Shown here piece after piece: positions 27,701 to 41,750 of a stretch of 64,000 bases of DNA. The position numbers and the translations under genes were made by a program. The notes beneath the pieces were generated by a model. The model was not told the origin of the DNA and did not search any database. It was given only the letters and a program-made list of their open reading frames with translations. The first letter of the stretch is position 1; the number at the start of each line of letters is the position of its first letter. Origin of the DNA: Eledone cirrhosa (taxonomy: Eukaryota); contig OZ024740.1 of the NCBI GenBank assembly GCA_964016885.1, forward strand, positions 131,068,001 to 131,132,000. Direction: 5' to 3'.

Positions 27701-30040
27701 CATGGCGAGATCCAAACCTTACCGAAAAAGCACAGCAACTCCTCCCCCGATCCAGGACGGCTGGGAAATGCGTACACATCGTAGCCCCCGAAGATCGGTG
27801 CGAAGGCCCGTGCTTCGGAGATTCTGGTCTCGCTGATGGCCACTACATCTATGTTTAGTGACCTGAGGTCGTTGAGCAGGTGACCCTGCTTCCATGACGA
27901 CCCCAAGCCACGCGCATTTATGTTGCTTATTCTGAGTGAGTTCATGTTTAAAATAGAGTGTAAAAGATGGGAAATACCACTTACCGTACTTTTAGTAGAT
28001 GAAGGATGGTTTCTCTGTCCCTTTTCACTTGATCGTCTGGTGAAGGGACCGTTGAATCGTCCCTTCGGCTGGTCGTCGGCTCTTCTATGGGTATGTCCGA
28101 ATATACTCTCCGGTTGAGAGTCCCTCCTATGTCTCTGAAATCACCAAATGCGTTGGGGAATTTCATTTTGGTGTTCGTGTATTGTTTCTGTGCTATTTTT
28201 AGCAGTCTTATGTTCGTTGCCGTTTTGATTGGTGCTGGTATGATGTAGTTGTGCTGTGAAATGTCTGTGTATTCAATTATGTAAGTCATTAGTTTCTTAG
28301 TGTTTGTATTTATTGCCGTGCATTTGTTTTTCTGGGGGTGGGGTGTGGTTCTGCTATGTTCTTGTCGTTGTTTCTGGGTGTGGGTGTTTTGTTGTGTTTG
28401 CGATGTTGGTGCTTTGTGGCGGTGGTGTTGAAGGTGTTGTTGTTGTTGGCGGTGGGGTTGTCGCCGATTGTGATGTTTGCAGTGGAGTCTATGTTGCAGC
28501 GGCATTTGGTATTAATGTTGTTGTTGTTAATACTTCCACTGCTGCTGCTGTTCTTGATTTCCGTGGCGTGGGTATGGGTGCCACGATCCTATCATTCCTG
28601 GTTGCCGCTTGTCCTGTTGCTGGTAGCCGTGGAGCCGGTTTCGGAAGGAGGAGGGTTTCTCCTTTCTCAGGGTCTTCTCGTTGCAGAAGGCCCTGAGGTG
28701 AGTCTTCGATGCACAGTGAAAGCATTTCGGGCGTTTGCCCTCAACACTTATGGGCATTTGAGTGCCCTTATCGAAGTCTATCACATCTGGGATAGCTTCG
28801 ATGCACTCCTGGTTGGTTTGGATTAACATCTCAAAGGAGGTGCTGACCCAATCTTCTCTTACTTTTTTCTGTACTTGCAGTACAGTTGTTTTGTCCTCGA
28901 TTTCGACGAGGACAGACGCGGCCAGCCAAGAAGGAGCCATCCCGGGGTGGGGGGACTTGAGTCAGTTTGACCCTCACAATTTTTTGCCGGCAGTAGGAGG
29001 GCACCAACACCATTTCCTCGCTCCTTAGGGTCACTAAGGATTGAGCCTTTGCCTCCTGGGGTGTGGCAAAAAGCACGTCTACGGTGGCATATTTCTTGCC
29101 TCTGTGGCTCGTTCAACCTTATGGGATTGTGTGCTTACTGTACGGTACGTGACCGTACAGTGCTGTTGGGTTTCGAAACATTTTTCGGCTGCCTTGCAGG
29201 TTGCTCGGTGTCCGGTTTTCGTCACCATCTTCTTCGCTTCCTGTAATTCCTCGTTTGTCATGAGGATGGTTTCCAGGTTCTTTGCGATACCTGCAAACGA
29301 GATTGTTTTTTCTTTGTTGCTGTTGTTGTTGTTGTTGTCGTTAGAGCTGCTGTTACTTTTGTTGTTGCTGCAGGTACTACGACTACTGCCGCCGCCGCTG
29401 TTGCTGTGGTTGTTGTTGTTGTTGCAGCTGCTGCTCTTGATGTTGCTGTTTCTGCTAATGCTGTTGTTGTTTATGCAGCTGCTGATGCTGTTGTGGCTGC
29501 TACTGTTGTTTTCCTTGTCACTGTTGCTGCTGCTGCTGTTATTACGGCTGCTATTATTCATGACGTCAGACGAATGAAATGGGTTTTCGTATTTACCGCA
29601 CACCTTTTTCGTCGTTGTCGTCGTCGTCGTGGAGAAATGTTGCACGCTTTCTACGTGATTTTTCTTTACTGGCGTCGCTTGCGAAAGAGAGAGGAGAGAG
29701 GGAGAGAGGGAGAGAGACACATTTAGAGAAGGGAGGGAGAGAGACAATCTTCTCTCTGCTGTAGTGACGATTGAGGAAGAAGAAGATGGAATGAGTGGGG
29801 GTGACCTATGAAAATACTTTTTCGTAGCCATGTTTTTTTTTTTTGTTAAAATAAATATTGGGCACAAAACCCAAATAAGCGGTTATTTAACCCCGAAGGG
29901 CCAAATAGCGGGCAGAAATACCCCTCTCACGAGGAGGAGGGTGATTTTGTCTACAATTTTGTTAAAGTTTTAAACAATTGTTATAGCGGCCAAAATTTAC
30001 AATAACTTACAGAGCCGAGCCACCGTCAACCATGGCATTC
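24780..30040 (-). mobile_element. Tx1-like element type T3 (T1-like ORF2 with a different ORF1/5'UTR), internal deletions
   Basis: ORF1 begins MATKK.., knuckle CFHCASKTHLRAFC; deletions at ~26975 and ~27535; 5' end matches 46901. Confidence 0.92.
25034..26869 (-). pseudogene. Tx1 ORF2 RT domain to C-terminus (611 aa open segment)
   Basis: LDQSNAFD, RQGCPLS, YADD, terminal zinc-finger region. Confidence 0.9.
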
Positions 30041-30058
30041 AATAATAATAATAATAAT
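30041..30058 (+). repeat. (TAA)n spacer
   Basis: Direct reading. Confidence 0.95.
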
Positions 30059-31330
30059 GACATCAAGAACAAAAAAATGAAGGAATTGATGAGATCTGAA
30101 TACATTCGGAGAGTAAGGAGCGTATTAAAGTCACATCTGAACAGTAGGAATGCCATACGTGCAGTAAATTCCCGAGCTGTGTCTATTATTATGTACATTG
30201 CGGGAATTCTGAGATGGAATGTTGCTGAAGGAAATAAAATGGACAGGAAGACAAGGAAGCTATTGACTATCTACAAGATGTTCCACAAGAGGAGTGATGT
30301 CGATAGACTCTACTTAAGGAGGTCTGAAGGTGGAAGAAGTATTATCAGCATAGAGGACTGTGTTCAGATGGAGAAAATCAACCTACACAAATATGTGACT
30401 GATAGTAAGGAGCCAATGCTCAGAACTGTACTGAAGGAGAGGACAATAGACCAGGGGATGTCCAAGGAGGAAATAACAACAATGAGAAAGAGCAGCCTTC
30501 AGGAAAATCCTTTCATAGTACCTTATTTGAGAAATCTGAATTCAGAGAACCACAAACATGGAACTAGTTGAAAAGAGGAGACCTTAAAAAGGCTACAGAA
30601 TGAATGTTAATGGCTGCGCAAGAGCATACCCTCAAAACGAAGTGGTTTAAACACCATATTTACAAGGCGGAGGCTAGCCCACTGTGCAGGATATGTAGAG
30701 AGAGAGAGGAGAATGTGGCTCACATTGTATCCGAGTGTAAACACCTAGCCCAGACTCACTATAAGGGCTGGAAACATGATGTGATGGGCAGGGTGATACA
30801 CTGGCGCCTATGCAAAGTAAACAATTTACCACATTCTGAGAAGTGGTTTGAGCATAAGCCAGAGTCGGTGATGGAAAACGATCAGGTGAAGGTGCTGTGG
30901 GATTTTAACATACAGACGTCAAGAAACTGGAACACAATAGACCTGACCTGGTGGTTTTGGACAAAGTAAATAGATCGTGCCTGATTGTGGATGTGGCCTG
31001 CCCATTCGACACGAGAGTGCAAGAGAAGGAGAGGGAGACAATTAACCGATACCAGGACTTAGAGTGGGAGGTAAAAAGTATTTGGAACTGCCATGAAGTC
31101 AAAGTGGTCCCGATTGCCATAGGCGCACTAGGTATCGCAAAAGGTTTCCAGGGATGGTTAAAGAAAATTGGCGCCGCCACGCTTTTTGGAACGCTTCAAA
31201 AGGCATGCTTGTTGGGAACAGCAAGAACCCTCCGATACGTCCTGAATATCTGAGGCTGCAGGTAGTGGCTTGATATTCATTTCAACAAACTTTCCAGTTA
31301 ACTAACATCCATGACTGAGACTCAAAGAAC
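30059..31330 (+). mobile_element. R4/Dong-like element family B, 5'-truncated
   Basis: DVDRLYLRRSEGGR, CRIC..ENVAHIVSEC, PDLVV..IVDVACP (RLE); 3'UTR as at 51207-51269; TAA tail. Confidence 0.92.
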
Positions 31331-31348
31331 AATAATATTAATAATAAT

Positions 31349-34300
31349 AGTTTCTATATTGTCCACAAGTGCTGACACGAAGAAAAACATTAGAGACAGC
31401 ATAGAGCAGTACAGGACTATACAAAAAAGGTTTCGGTCGTGTAAACAGGTTATAACAAAATCGTGCTAGTAATCCAAAACAAATTCAAACAACAAAAATT
31501 CCCCAAGAAGGGGGAAACCTCCGAGGGTCACTCGTGGTGAAAAGACCATAGCCACCCTGACCATAATGGCAAGCGCCCTCTATCACTTTTCCCACTCCTC
31601 AGTCTACAGGCGTTTACTCAGAGCGGGCCCGTTCACTCGGACCAGACTCGCCACTTTCACCCACCTTTCAACAAACTTACTAGAAGACAGCACTTAACCC
31701 TCCACCTTGATTTTCCTCTTCAAGTTAAACTTGAAAAAGTTAATCGGGGATTGGCCGGAGAGGAAAGTGTCCGTCTTCAACTCTTTCAATCTTGTCCCCC
31801 ACAGAATGTCTTTCGCCATGGCCACCAGGCAGATGAAAACTGCCTACCGTTCCTCCTCTTTAAAGGAGGATGGTGTGGTTATCTGCAAAATGGACTCAGT
31901 TGATAACCGGATCCGTCTTACACGCGACAGAAGCTGTCGATATAGCTCTACAAGTCACCAATCCTCGGGAACTGAACAAGTGCGTGCAGGACGGACAGGC
32001 TCGGCAACGCACCCCGGTAGCACTTTCAGGCCATGGATTTCTGGAAATTGTCCATAGGCACCGGTCTGAAAGTTCTCTTGAAGAGAGCGAACAGCTGATC
32101 GTCTTCGACGCCCAGGGTCTCCCCGAGAGAGTCGCTCTTTCCTTCCACTATCCCTCTATAGAACGCCGAGGTGGATGTTCCACCAATCCTAGTGCCCAGT
32201 CAGTAGAAGGCTGTGGATACATTCCAGCTTCCAAGTGCTATCCCTCGGTCTTTTCCTGATCCAGGAGTGCAGCTCCGTCAAGGAGACGAGCTGGGAAAAG
32301 CGCGTCTTTCAAACGGCGATCACACCTGTTCACTGTCAAGGAAGCACCATAGATGTCGCAGCCTCAGCGCATGTTTGCACATCATCAGCGACGGCATGCC
32401 TAGTCCTGATGGATCGTCCAAATGGATCGTCTGACCATGGAAGCACATCCCTTTCACAAAAAGTGAAGTGAAGGCGCTCCATTTTGGTCAGAGTTGGGCG
32501 GCGGCAAGGTATGACGGTTAGGCGGTAGCAGATGATGGTCAATATGTACGCATTCGTCACCTCCACCCGACCTTTCAGAGACAGCCTCCTCTCGACCCAT
32601 TTCTGGGTGAGAGCGGCCGCCCTGTTTGTCACCTCGCTCCAGTTTTTCTCCATCTGGAGGTCCGGACCGAACCAGACCCCGAGCAATTTAACCGGTCCTT
32701 CCGCCCAGCGCTCCACGACGCTGTCGGACGGCATCGACTTGCCTTTCCAGGTGCCGAGTTGCAAGCCCACCGACTTTTCCTGGTTTATCTTTGCTACTGT
32801 CACCATTTTGAATTCCTTCAGAGCGGTGCCGAGCATATGGACGTGTTTGGTGCTCAACACCACCACGGTGACGTTGTCGGCGTAAGCTGACACCGATCTC
32901 CCGCATCCCAGTTCGAGTGGAGCCCCCTTATCGTCTCCAATTGGTGCATTAACGGCTCTATGGCCAGTACGTACAAGAGGGACGAGAGGGCCAAGCCTGT
33001 CGGACCTACCGCATGATTCTGAAAGGCTACGACAAGTGACCATTCACCCTCACAATCGAGCAGATGTCGCTGTACATCACAGCGATCCAGCCTCTGAAGA
33101 CGGGCCCGAAGCCGGCCGCCTGGAGGACCGCAACCAGGTACCGATGTTCCACCTTATCAAATACTTTAGATTGATCCAAGTTGATCAAAGCTCCACTCAT
33201 GCCATGTTCCTTAACCTCCCTCTCTAAGATGTATCGCATGAGATGGAGGTTGTCGTGGATGGATCTGTCCGGGATGGCGCATGTCTGTATCTCTCCCACC
33301 ATATCACAGACGACATGCGCCAATCTCTTTGCTAACACCTTGGCCAAAATCTTGTATTTTCTCAGCAGCGCCACCGCTGTCTGTCTCACATAACTGCGAA
33401 TGCTCCCGTTCTGATGCCAGTTCCAGTAAGCAACTGCCAAGAGGTCGCCGAACAACTCTGGCATATACGCATAAAGCTCGTAGGGCAGACCATTCAAATC
33501 TGGCGATTTACCCCTCGTGCACTCAGACATCGCGCTCCGTATTTCACCTGCTGTTATCGGCTTCTGGAAGCACTGCGATGCGGCCGTCGAGAGCTGCGGC
33601 AGTCCGTAAGTTATGCACCGATGTCCATACTCCGATCCGGCCGCCGCCTCTCCTGAACAATTGAGCAAAGTGCTGTTGAAAAGCCGCACACATCTGCTCG
33701 CGATCGAGCAACAAACACACGTTTTGAACAGACAAAGAGCGAATTGTGGACTTGTTGCCACGTCGCGCCTCCACCACCTGTGCCCATTGAACGGCTTTCG
33801 TTCCCTCGTGTCTTAGAGTACGCAATCTAACTCTGACAACGCAGCCTTCAAACTTTGCGGTGAAGAATTGGTCGTGTGCCAATCTCATCGCAAGTTCGTC
33901 GGTTGCGATGCCTGTCCTAAACGCCTCTTCTAGCTCTCCAACTAACTCTCCCACTACTCTATTTTCCTCTATCACTACTCTTTTGCTAAACCTTATCGAT
34001 TCTACTCTAATATCCCTTTTCAGGGTAAACCACCACCTGTTGTTGACGATCGCACTCGTCAACGTACGCTTAACTAATTCGCTAATCCGATCTCTGTAAG
34101 CTTTGCGCGCCGGGAATTACGCGTTCAGCTTCCAGTAGCCGGGCCCTTGCCTATGGAGTCTATGTATGTCAACTTCATAGATCACAAATTTGTGGTCCGT
34201 GTAGTCGACTACTTTAAATTGTGGACAACCTACACTAGCCTTATCTGTTTCCCTACATAATACCCTATCTAAATACGATCCGGATGACCTGATGCGGTTT

Positions 34301-35115
34301 GCCCATGTGCACATTTGGATAATCTAGTCTATACATGTCAGACAGTTCAAAACGTTGCTGAGTCTGTTGTACCCTCCTGCACTGTCTACTAGCCCCACAT
34401 AATCCCAGCGTGCATCTAAGATACCGTTCCAGTCACCTGTTATCACTAAAGAGCGGGACGTTCCAAGAAAATTCTCTAGACGGCTGAAGAAGTCTGGCCG
34501 TCCTGCCCCTGCTGAGGCGTAGACGGCTACTAGCATGAATGCATTACCTTCGCTGCCGGTCACGTCCAGCACCACTGACTTACCTTCTGGGTCCAGGTGG
34601 ATGGCCCGTAGTGCGAGATCCAAACCTCTCCTTAAAAGCACGGCAAACCCTCCCCCTTTCATGGACGGCTGGGAGATGCGTATACATCGTAGCCGCCGAA
34701 AATCGGTGCGAAGGGTCGTGCTTCGTAGATTCTGGTCTCGCTGATGGCCACCACTTCTATGTTTATTGACCTGAGGTCGTTGAGCAGGTGACCCTGCTTC
34801 CAAGATGATCCTAGGCCACGTACTATTATACGGCCTATCGTAACTACGGCCATGCTGCATGAGAAACAAGGTAAGTGAAAAAGAATCACTTACCTTGATC
34901 GTGTGGCGAAGGGAGAGTTGAACCGTCCCTTTGTCTGGTCATGGGTCTTTCCAAAAGGATGTCGGTGTATATCCTCTTGGTAACCTACCCTCTGAAGTCT
35001 CCAAACTACGTTGGGGTATTTTTGCTTTAAAAGTTTGTAATTTTCTATTGAGATTACAATGATGCTTAGGTTTGTCGGGATCGGGAGTTCTTGGTGCTGG
35101 TGGGGTGTAGTAATT
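31349..35115 (-). mobile_element. Tx1-like element type T4 (T2-related), 5'-truncated within ORF1, more decayed
   Basis: APE (34324-34869, 34117-34314), RT fragments (33027-33761, 32336-33043, YADN); ORF1 C-terminal remnant at 34890-35110. Confidence 0.9.
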
Positions 35116-36404
35116 TTACTACACCCCACCAACATCAATAATTGAAATAAATCCAACACCATCGACAAAACAATAATAAAAACACTAAGAAAACGAAGTG
35201 GAAACATAATGGACGAATGCCAAAGAAACCTACAAAAAATAATTATTGTACACGGAACATAATTTTCTTCATTAAAATAACGGACCACATGTGTGAATAA
35301 AGAAACTGAATATCAGCCGCACCACTACTCATAATTGCAAATCAAAAACAATATATGTAAGTAACAAACTCTATTGATTATGTTACACACACATGAATTA
35401 TAAACACAACGAAAAATGTACACAAAACAAACATACATATATAGAGACGTTCGCTCTTTGAACTTAAATAACAAATTATTTGAAGAAGAGAAACAATCGT
35501 AGACCGGATGACACACATGCCTATTTAGAGGAGTAGGTTTTGTTTAATTTGGTATTCCCTAACACGAAAATTCGACAAATTATTTTACCACTTATCTCTA
35601 CAAATAATCTGACACTAGATGTGAGAACTGCATACATATTTTTATATGTTTACCCATTACAATCGCTGCTTACATATTATTACTTGAGAAAAGAAGCAGT
35701 CATAGACTGGAAAACACAGTTTATTTCGGGGGATAAGTTCTGTTTAATCAAAAATCCGTCTAATTACTATACAATCATATCTGTGGCCGAAGATTTGAAG
35801 GGTGCATATATATTTTTTAATATTTCCCCAATACAATTCTCTTTTTTTACGTTTCGGTCAATTGTAGCTAAATTTCAGATTTTAAATGGAAAATGGACAG
35901 TTGAAAGATCACTTCTCTCTCCCACTACCATATTCACAACCAGTACTTGACACATTCACAACAGTAAATCCCCAATCTATGTTTAGACTACTGTCACTGA
36001 CTGATACCTACCTTCTTTATCAGTGTCTAATGTGTGGGTATGTACATGTATATATGGTGGCTGCCAACTCGTTTTCGAGTACGGCCACTACCTTATATCC
36101 ATGTAGGAGAACCCCTACCGATGCGTTGAACGAGTGTGACTTTTTAGTCCAGCCAGCGACTTGAAAACTCTGGTACAAACACTACACTTGTGACAATTAT
36201 TGACACATAGTGCTTTGCCTTTGGTACCATGTGACGACAAGTGCAGAGAGATCTCCAGATATAAAGCAATGCCTGTGCCGTGAAGCTTTTATAGTGAGCA
36301 AAGGTACTGCACAAAGCCAGTCCCACTCTCTTAACCAAGATGATATTTACCAAAAAGAAGAACAAGTCAACATCATTGGATACCATCAGGGTTGCAGGTG
36401 TTAT

Positions 36405-36662
36405 ATCAGAGTTTTCCTTCTCCTAGAATTCTGCCTTGACAAAGGCTAAGGGGTCATCTGTCCCAGTGATTTTGGATGGCCATTGACTCTTAAGAGCTCC
36501 TTTGCCCTTTGACAGGTTTTGTTTTTAGTCCTGCAGGATGTCTAAAGTCACCCTCCTCACCAAGAAACCTTGGTGGGGTTGCCAGTTTAGTCGCCAACGA
36601 CCCGACCATGAGACAGGTTGTACTGGGATACATGTTACCAGTAGCACCAGTGGTGACCTGAC
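36405..36662 (-). mobile_element. Possible RTE-type LINE 5'-region remnant
   Basis: TCAGAGTTTTCCTTCTCCTAG..TGCCTTGACAAAGGCTA resembles, from memory only, the reverse complement of RTE-type leaders; no coding support. Confidence 0.35.
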
Positions 36663-37045
36663 ATGTATATATATGTGTGTATATACATACGTGTTTATAA
36701 GTATGCACGTGTGAATGTATATTTACGTATGTGTATAGAGACCACACTAATGACAAAACAAAGAGGAAGAACAAAGGATACTAACATAATTACACCTCAA
36801 ACTCAAAATAGACAGAAAATGACACCGGTGAAGCAACCTCTATAAGCTACAATGCCACCCTATCAACCACCACTCCCAGCACCCCAACCCCAGCATTCAT
36901 CTCCCTGACACCACCACCAGCACCGCTCACACCGCAAGAACAGTTGAGAAAATTCTCGTACACCTCTTACAGCTGCAACAATAACAATATCAACGCAATC
37001 AACAACAGCAATGACCATAAATATACTGTTATAATAGTAATAATT

Positions 37046-37120
37046 GTTTCCACTTTAGGAACAAGGCCAGCAACCTCCCAGTGCATTACTGGTACTTTAT
37101 TTTATCGACCCCGTAAGGTT
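37046..37120 (-). mobile_element. Truncated SINE (3' part of the family at 62030 and 63685)
   Basis: Shares CAAGGCCAGCAA..CATTACTGGTACTTTATTTTATCGACCCCGTAAGG with the copy at 62030; the ACTGGTACTTTATTTTATCGACCCCGTAAGG block is also in the copy at 63685. Confidence 0.8.
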
Positions 37121-37134
37121 ATAATTGTAATAAT

Positions 37135-40100
37135 GATCTCAGTACCAGCCAGCAAATGCACTACCCAAAGAGCCGGCCAACTTTCCATGTACGTCCAATA
37201 CCATGCGTAACGCAAGCATGTACTGGGAGATGAACAAATAAAATTCAATACACAATAGCAAATCGCTTTTCCTATGGTTAATCAGGAAGCGCGTCCCTCG
37301 GGAAGGTGCGAACCTGAGAACGAAAAGTCTTCCTCTGACACAAACTCTTCTCCTACTATGGACGTGGATGGTCACTTGATCTGGAATTGCCCCAATCCGA
37401 ACCCTCCAGATCCACCACCCAAACCATCTCAAAAAGTAAAACCTAAAAGGATGAAATGGACCCGACAAGAATATAAAGAAGTAATATATGCATATTACTA
37501 TGCATTAGGTAAGCCATCACAAGACAGACACACTTTAAACTCCTACAACATCTGGAAAACTCGGAATCAAGCTAGCAGTCGTGATATAGATGGAAATAAG
37601 TTGGCACACGTAAGGGGGTATATCTTCAGAAATAATAGACTCACAGACACTGAACTAACTTCGATGAAGCAGGTTGAGGAGAATAACATACATATAAATG
37701 CTGAAAGAACTGAAGAATCTCCTGGAGATAGTAACCAGCCACAAGTCTTTACTGAAAGACCTCTACCTGACCAAAACACAAATAGGTTTGTAGAAATGAG
37801 AAGCCCTATTGAACCCGCTGAAAATAGCCAGCAGAGGGACTTAGAAACAGTAATTGAAAGCCAAACATCTGCTGAAGAACACAGGGAGACTATGAAGGAA
37901 TTAAAGCAAAAAAAATACTGAATGAGCTTGCAATAGTAAGACATTCTAGTATAAATGTTAGAGAATCACTTTAAACACTCCCAAATACAATCCACAATAG
38001 AAAACAAATTACGATTGGTAATTCTGAGACAAAAGAAATCATAGAAGAACTAGAACCTGATCTTACTGAGATAAATGAAATCATATATGCATCTGCTAGA
38101 GTAATTGAAACAAGTTGTTTACCACCAACAAAACAAAAAAAGTCGAACCTTCCAGGTAAACCAATTTGGAGGAGTAGAATCGAAAAGGAGTTTGACGTAA
38201 AGAGAGGAGAAATATTTTTATTTAGTGAGTTAACCGTTGGAAATGATATAAGATCCAAGAAGGTAAGAAAGCTAAAGAGAAAATATGGACTGTCTTCTAG
38301 AGAAGCAATAGTTTCAACAAAAGAATCTCTGAAACAAAAAGTCCAAGTAAAAGCCCAACGAATTCGTAGATTCGAGATGCGAAACAAGTTCTACAGGAAA
38401 AATAAGTTGTTCTCATCCAATGCCAAGTCATTTTATAGACAAGTAGGGAAGAAAAAATAATTATTGAAGTCCATAGAAGAAGTCGAAAACTTCTGGAATA
38501 AGATCTGGAGCGATGAGAAGACATAATACTAATGCCTGGAAAAATCCTACGCAAATTTAGAAGAACATGCGTGGGAAGACATCTTTATAGCGGACTTAAG
38601 GACAGCACTCAATAAATCTCATAAATGGAAATCACCTGATAGAGACAGGGTGCCAAACTTCTGGCTCTAGTGCACTCACAATATATTGGTCAAGCTGTTT
38701 AATGGAATTATGAAAGATCATAAAAATACACCTGATTGGATAGCAAGTGGCATTACCTACCTTCTAACAAAGAACAACGAAACGAAAGATAAAAAAACTA
38801 TCGGCCAAAAACATGCTTGTCAACCACTTATAAACTATTAACCTCTATTCTCATGGAAAAAGCATGTGTTTTTGGAGGAGAACAATCTTTTCCCCATTAA
38901 ACAAATAGGGTGCCGACGAGGTTCATATGGTTTCAACGATCAACTTATGATTAATCGTATGATCCCTGATAGTTGTCATAATAAACACAGAAATCTCAGT
39001 TCTGCATAGATCGATTATAAAAACGCCTTTGACAGCATACCACACTCATGGATTCTGAAATCACTGGACATCTTCAAAATCTCACCTGTGATCTCAAACA
39101 TCCTGAAGCACAATATGTCATTATGGAACACAAATCTCCAATTGTCTCATTCCACTGGGTACTGTACTCTGGGAATATAAACATCAACTGTGATATATTC
39201 AAAGGTGTCTCACTTTCCCCCTTTCTGTTCTGCATAGCTTTAATGCCCATTACATCCGAGCTTAATAGAACAGGGTACGGTTATAGAATTGACAACAAAA
39301 AAATAAGCCACATATTTTATATGGATGATTTGAAGCTATATTGCAAACATAATGACGAACTGGAACGCCTCTTGCGGACAGTAAAAACGTTTAGCGATGA
39401 CATCAGGAAGGAGTTTGGACTTGACAAGTGTGCAAAAGCTATTTTCAAGTAGGGGAACCTTGTCAACTCAGACTCAGTTGAATTGGATGCTGAGACAATC
39501 ATAAAGGAACTTGAGCAAGAACAAACCTATAAATACTTAGGGATTAATTAGGACTCTGGCTTAAGGCATGCAAGTATGAAAGAGAGGATACGGAAATAGT
39601 GTTACAGGAGAGTACGTGCAGTTCTGAGATCAGAACTAAACCCTCGTAACAAGGTGCTAGCCTCGGTGTAATGAACTGGAATATGAGTGACATGAAAAGA
39701 ATTGACACCAAAGTCGGTCAGCTACTGACCTGTAATAGGATGCACCACCCAAAAGCAGATGTGGATCGTCTGTACCTTCCAAGAATTCAGAGAGGCCGTG
39801 GCCTGATCCAATTTGAACTTGCTCACAAGATCACCATCTTTGGACTGGACAAATACCTTGAAACAACTAACGACTGTATGCTGAAATTTGTTGAGAAGAA
39901 TGAGAGAAGTAAGAAGCTTCATTCTATCTTGAAGGAGAGCAAAAAATATGCTACTGATCTCATGCTTGATACACCCAGGCTTGACAGACTAAAGACACTC
40001 ATGTAACTGATGCTGCTAGGCACATACAATGACTGGCAAAAGCAAAAGGGCTAGGACAATGAGAATCAAATTGGGAGCAGAAACATCTGCATGGCAAATA

Positions 40101-40890
40101 TGTTGCCCGTAGCAAACAAGCTGATGTTGACTAGAAGGACACCCATCAGTGGCCAGATAGTTCAGGGCTAAAGGTAGAGAGTGAAGGCTTCATCTTAGCT
40201 GCCGAAGACCAAAGCTTATTAACTCATAATTACCAGGCCAATGTGATGAGATACGGAATAAACCCAAAGTGCCGTTTCTGCAATGATGGGGTTGAAACTG
40301 TGGATCACTTAGTCTCTGGATGTAAAGTTTTACCACTAGAAGAATACAAATATAGACATGACACAGTTGGCCAATATCTACACTGGGTAATATGTCGACA
40401 TTAGAAAATCAAAGCTGAAGACAAGTGGTACAATCATCACCCTGAGGACTATGACTGAAGAAGGAAAAGTAACAATTCTCTGGGACTTTCCTGTACATAC
40501 TGACAGGACCATAAACGATCAACATCACAAGGTATGTTTATTGAAAGATATGAGCATCCCATGTGATCATCATATCGCGGCAAAGAGTTTGACAAGCTAC
40601 GTAAACATAACGGACTGCTTATTGACATTAAGAAAATGTAGCACCTCAAGGCGGTCACAATAACAGTGATTGTGGGAGGACTGAGTATGATCAAGAAAGG
40701 AACAGAACAATATTTACGAATGATTCCTGATTTACCCTCTCTGCACGAGTTGCAAAAAATTGTTCTATTATTTTAATAATAATCAATATGCTGTATTACC
40801 TGGCTGCCCAATGCACACTGTGCATTTATTTGTCATAGGTGTCGGGAAGACACACAGCATATATCTCAGAAACAATAATGAAAGAAAATA
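37135..40890 (+). mobile_element. R4/Dong-like element family C, near full-length, heavily degenerate
   Basis: N-terminal KRMKWTRQEYKEVIYAYY; FYMDDLKLY, EFGLDKCAK, HPKADVDRLYLPRIQRGRGL; CRFC..ETVDHLVSGC; ILWDFPVHTD. Confidence 0.88.
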
Positions 40891-40891
40891 A

Positions 40892-40927
<36 letters not shown>
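40891..40927 (+). repeat. (TAA)n at tail-to-tail Dong/Tx1 junction
   Basis: Direct reading. Confidence 0.97.
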
Positions 40928-40928
<1 letters not shown>

Positions 40929-41750
40929 TTTTCTTTATTAACCACAAGGGTTCACATAAAGTAGACATTAAGGACAGTACAGGACAATACAGGACGGGAC
41001 AAATGGGGATTTCTGCGTGTAAAAAAAACAGAGGTTGAAATAAAATAACAAAGAAAAATTCCCCAATAGGGGGGAGACTTCCAAGGGACATTTGTGGAGA
41101 AAGCCCATTAAAAGACCACAGTGACCCTGACCACCAGGGCAAGTGCCCTCTCCCAGTTCTCCACCTTTAATTTACAGACACATACTCAGGGAAGGCCCAT
41201 TCATTCGGGCCATACTTGCTTCTCTCACCCATCTTTCAACAAAATGCTGGGAAGAGAGCACTTCCCTCTCTACCCTGATTTTCCTTTTCAAATGAAATTT
41301 GAAAAAGTTAATCAGGGCATCACCGGAGCGGTAAGTGCTCGTCTTCAGCCCTTTCAAACGTGTCCACCATACTATCTCTTTCGCCATGGCCACCAGACAG
41401 ATAAAAACTGCCTGCCCTTCCAGGCTAAAGGAAGGGGGCGGGGCAATCCTCACGATGGACTCAGCTGATAGCTGGATCCGTCCTACACGTGACAGCAGGT
41501 GTTCGACATAAACCCACAAGTCAGCAATGCTCGGACACTGGACGAGTGCGTGCAGGACGGTTTCGTCGCCCTGCGCGCATCTCGGACATGCCCGACTGAC
41601 GGCACCTCCATGCCTGTAGAGTTTATCCCGAACTGGCAAAGCTCCTCGGTAGCACTGCCAGGCCAGGGATTTCTGGAAGTTGTCCATAGGCCCCGGCCCG
41701 AAAGTCCTTCCGAAGAGATTGGCTAGTTGATTTTCGTCGACGCCTAGAGT

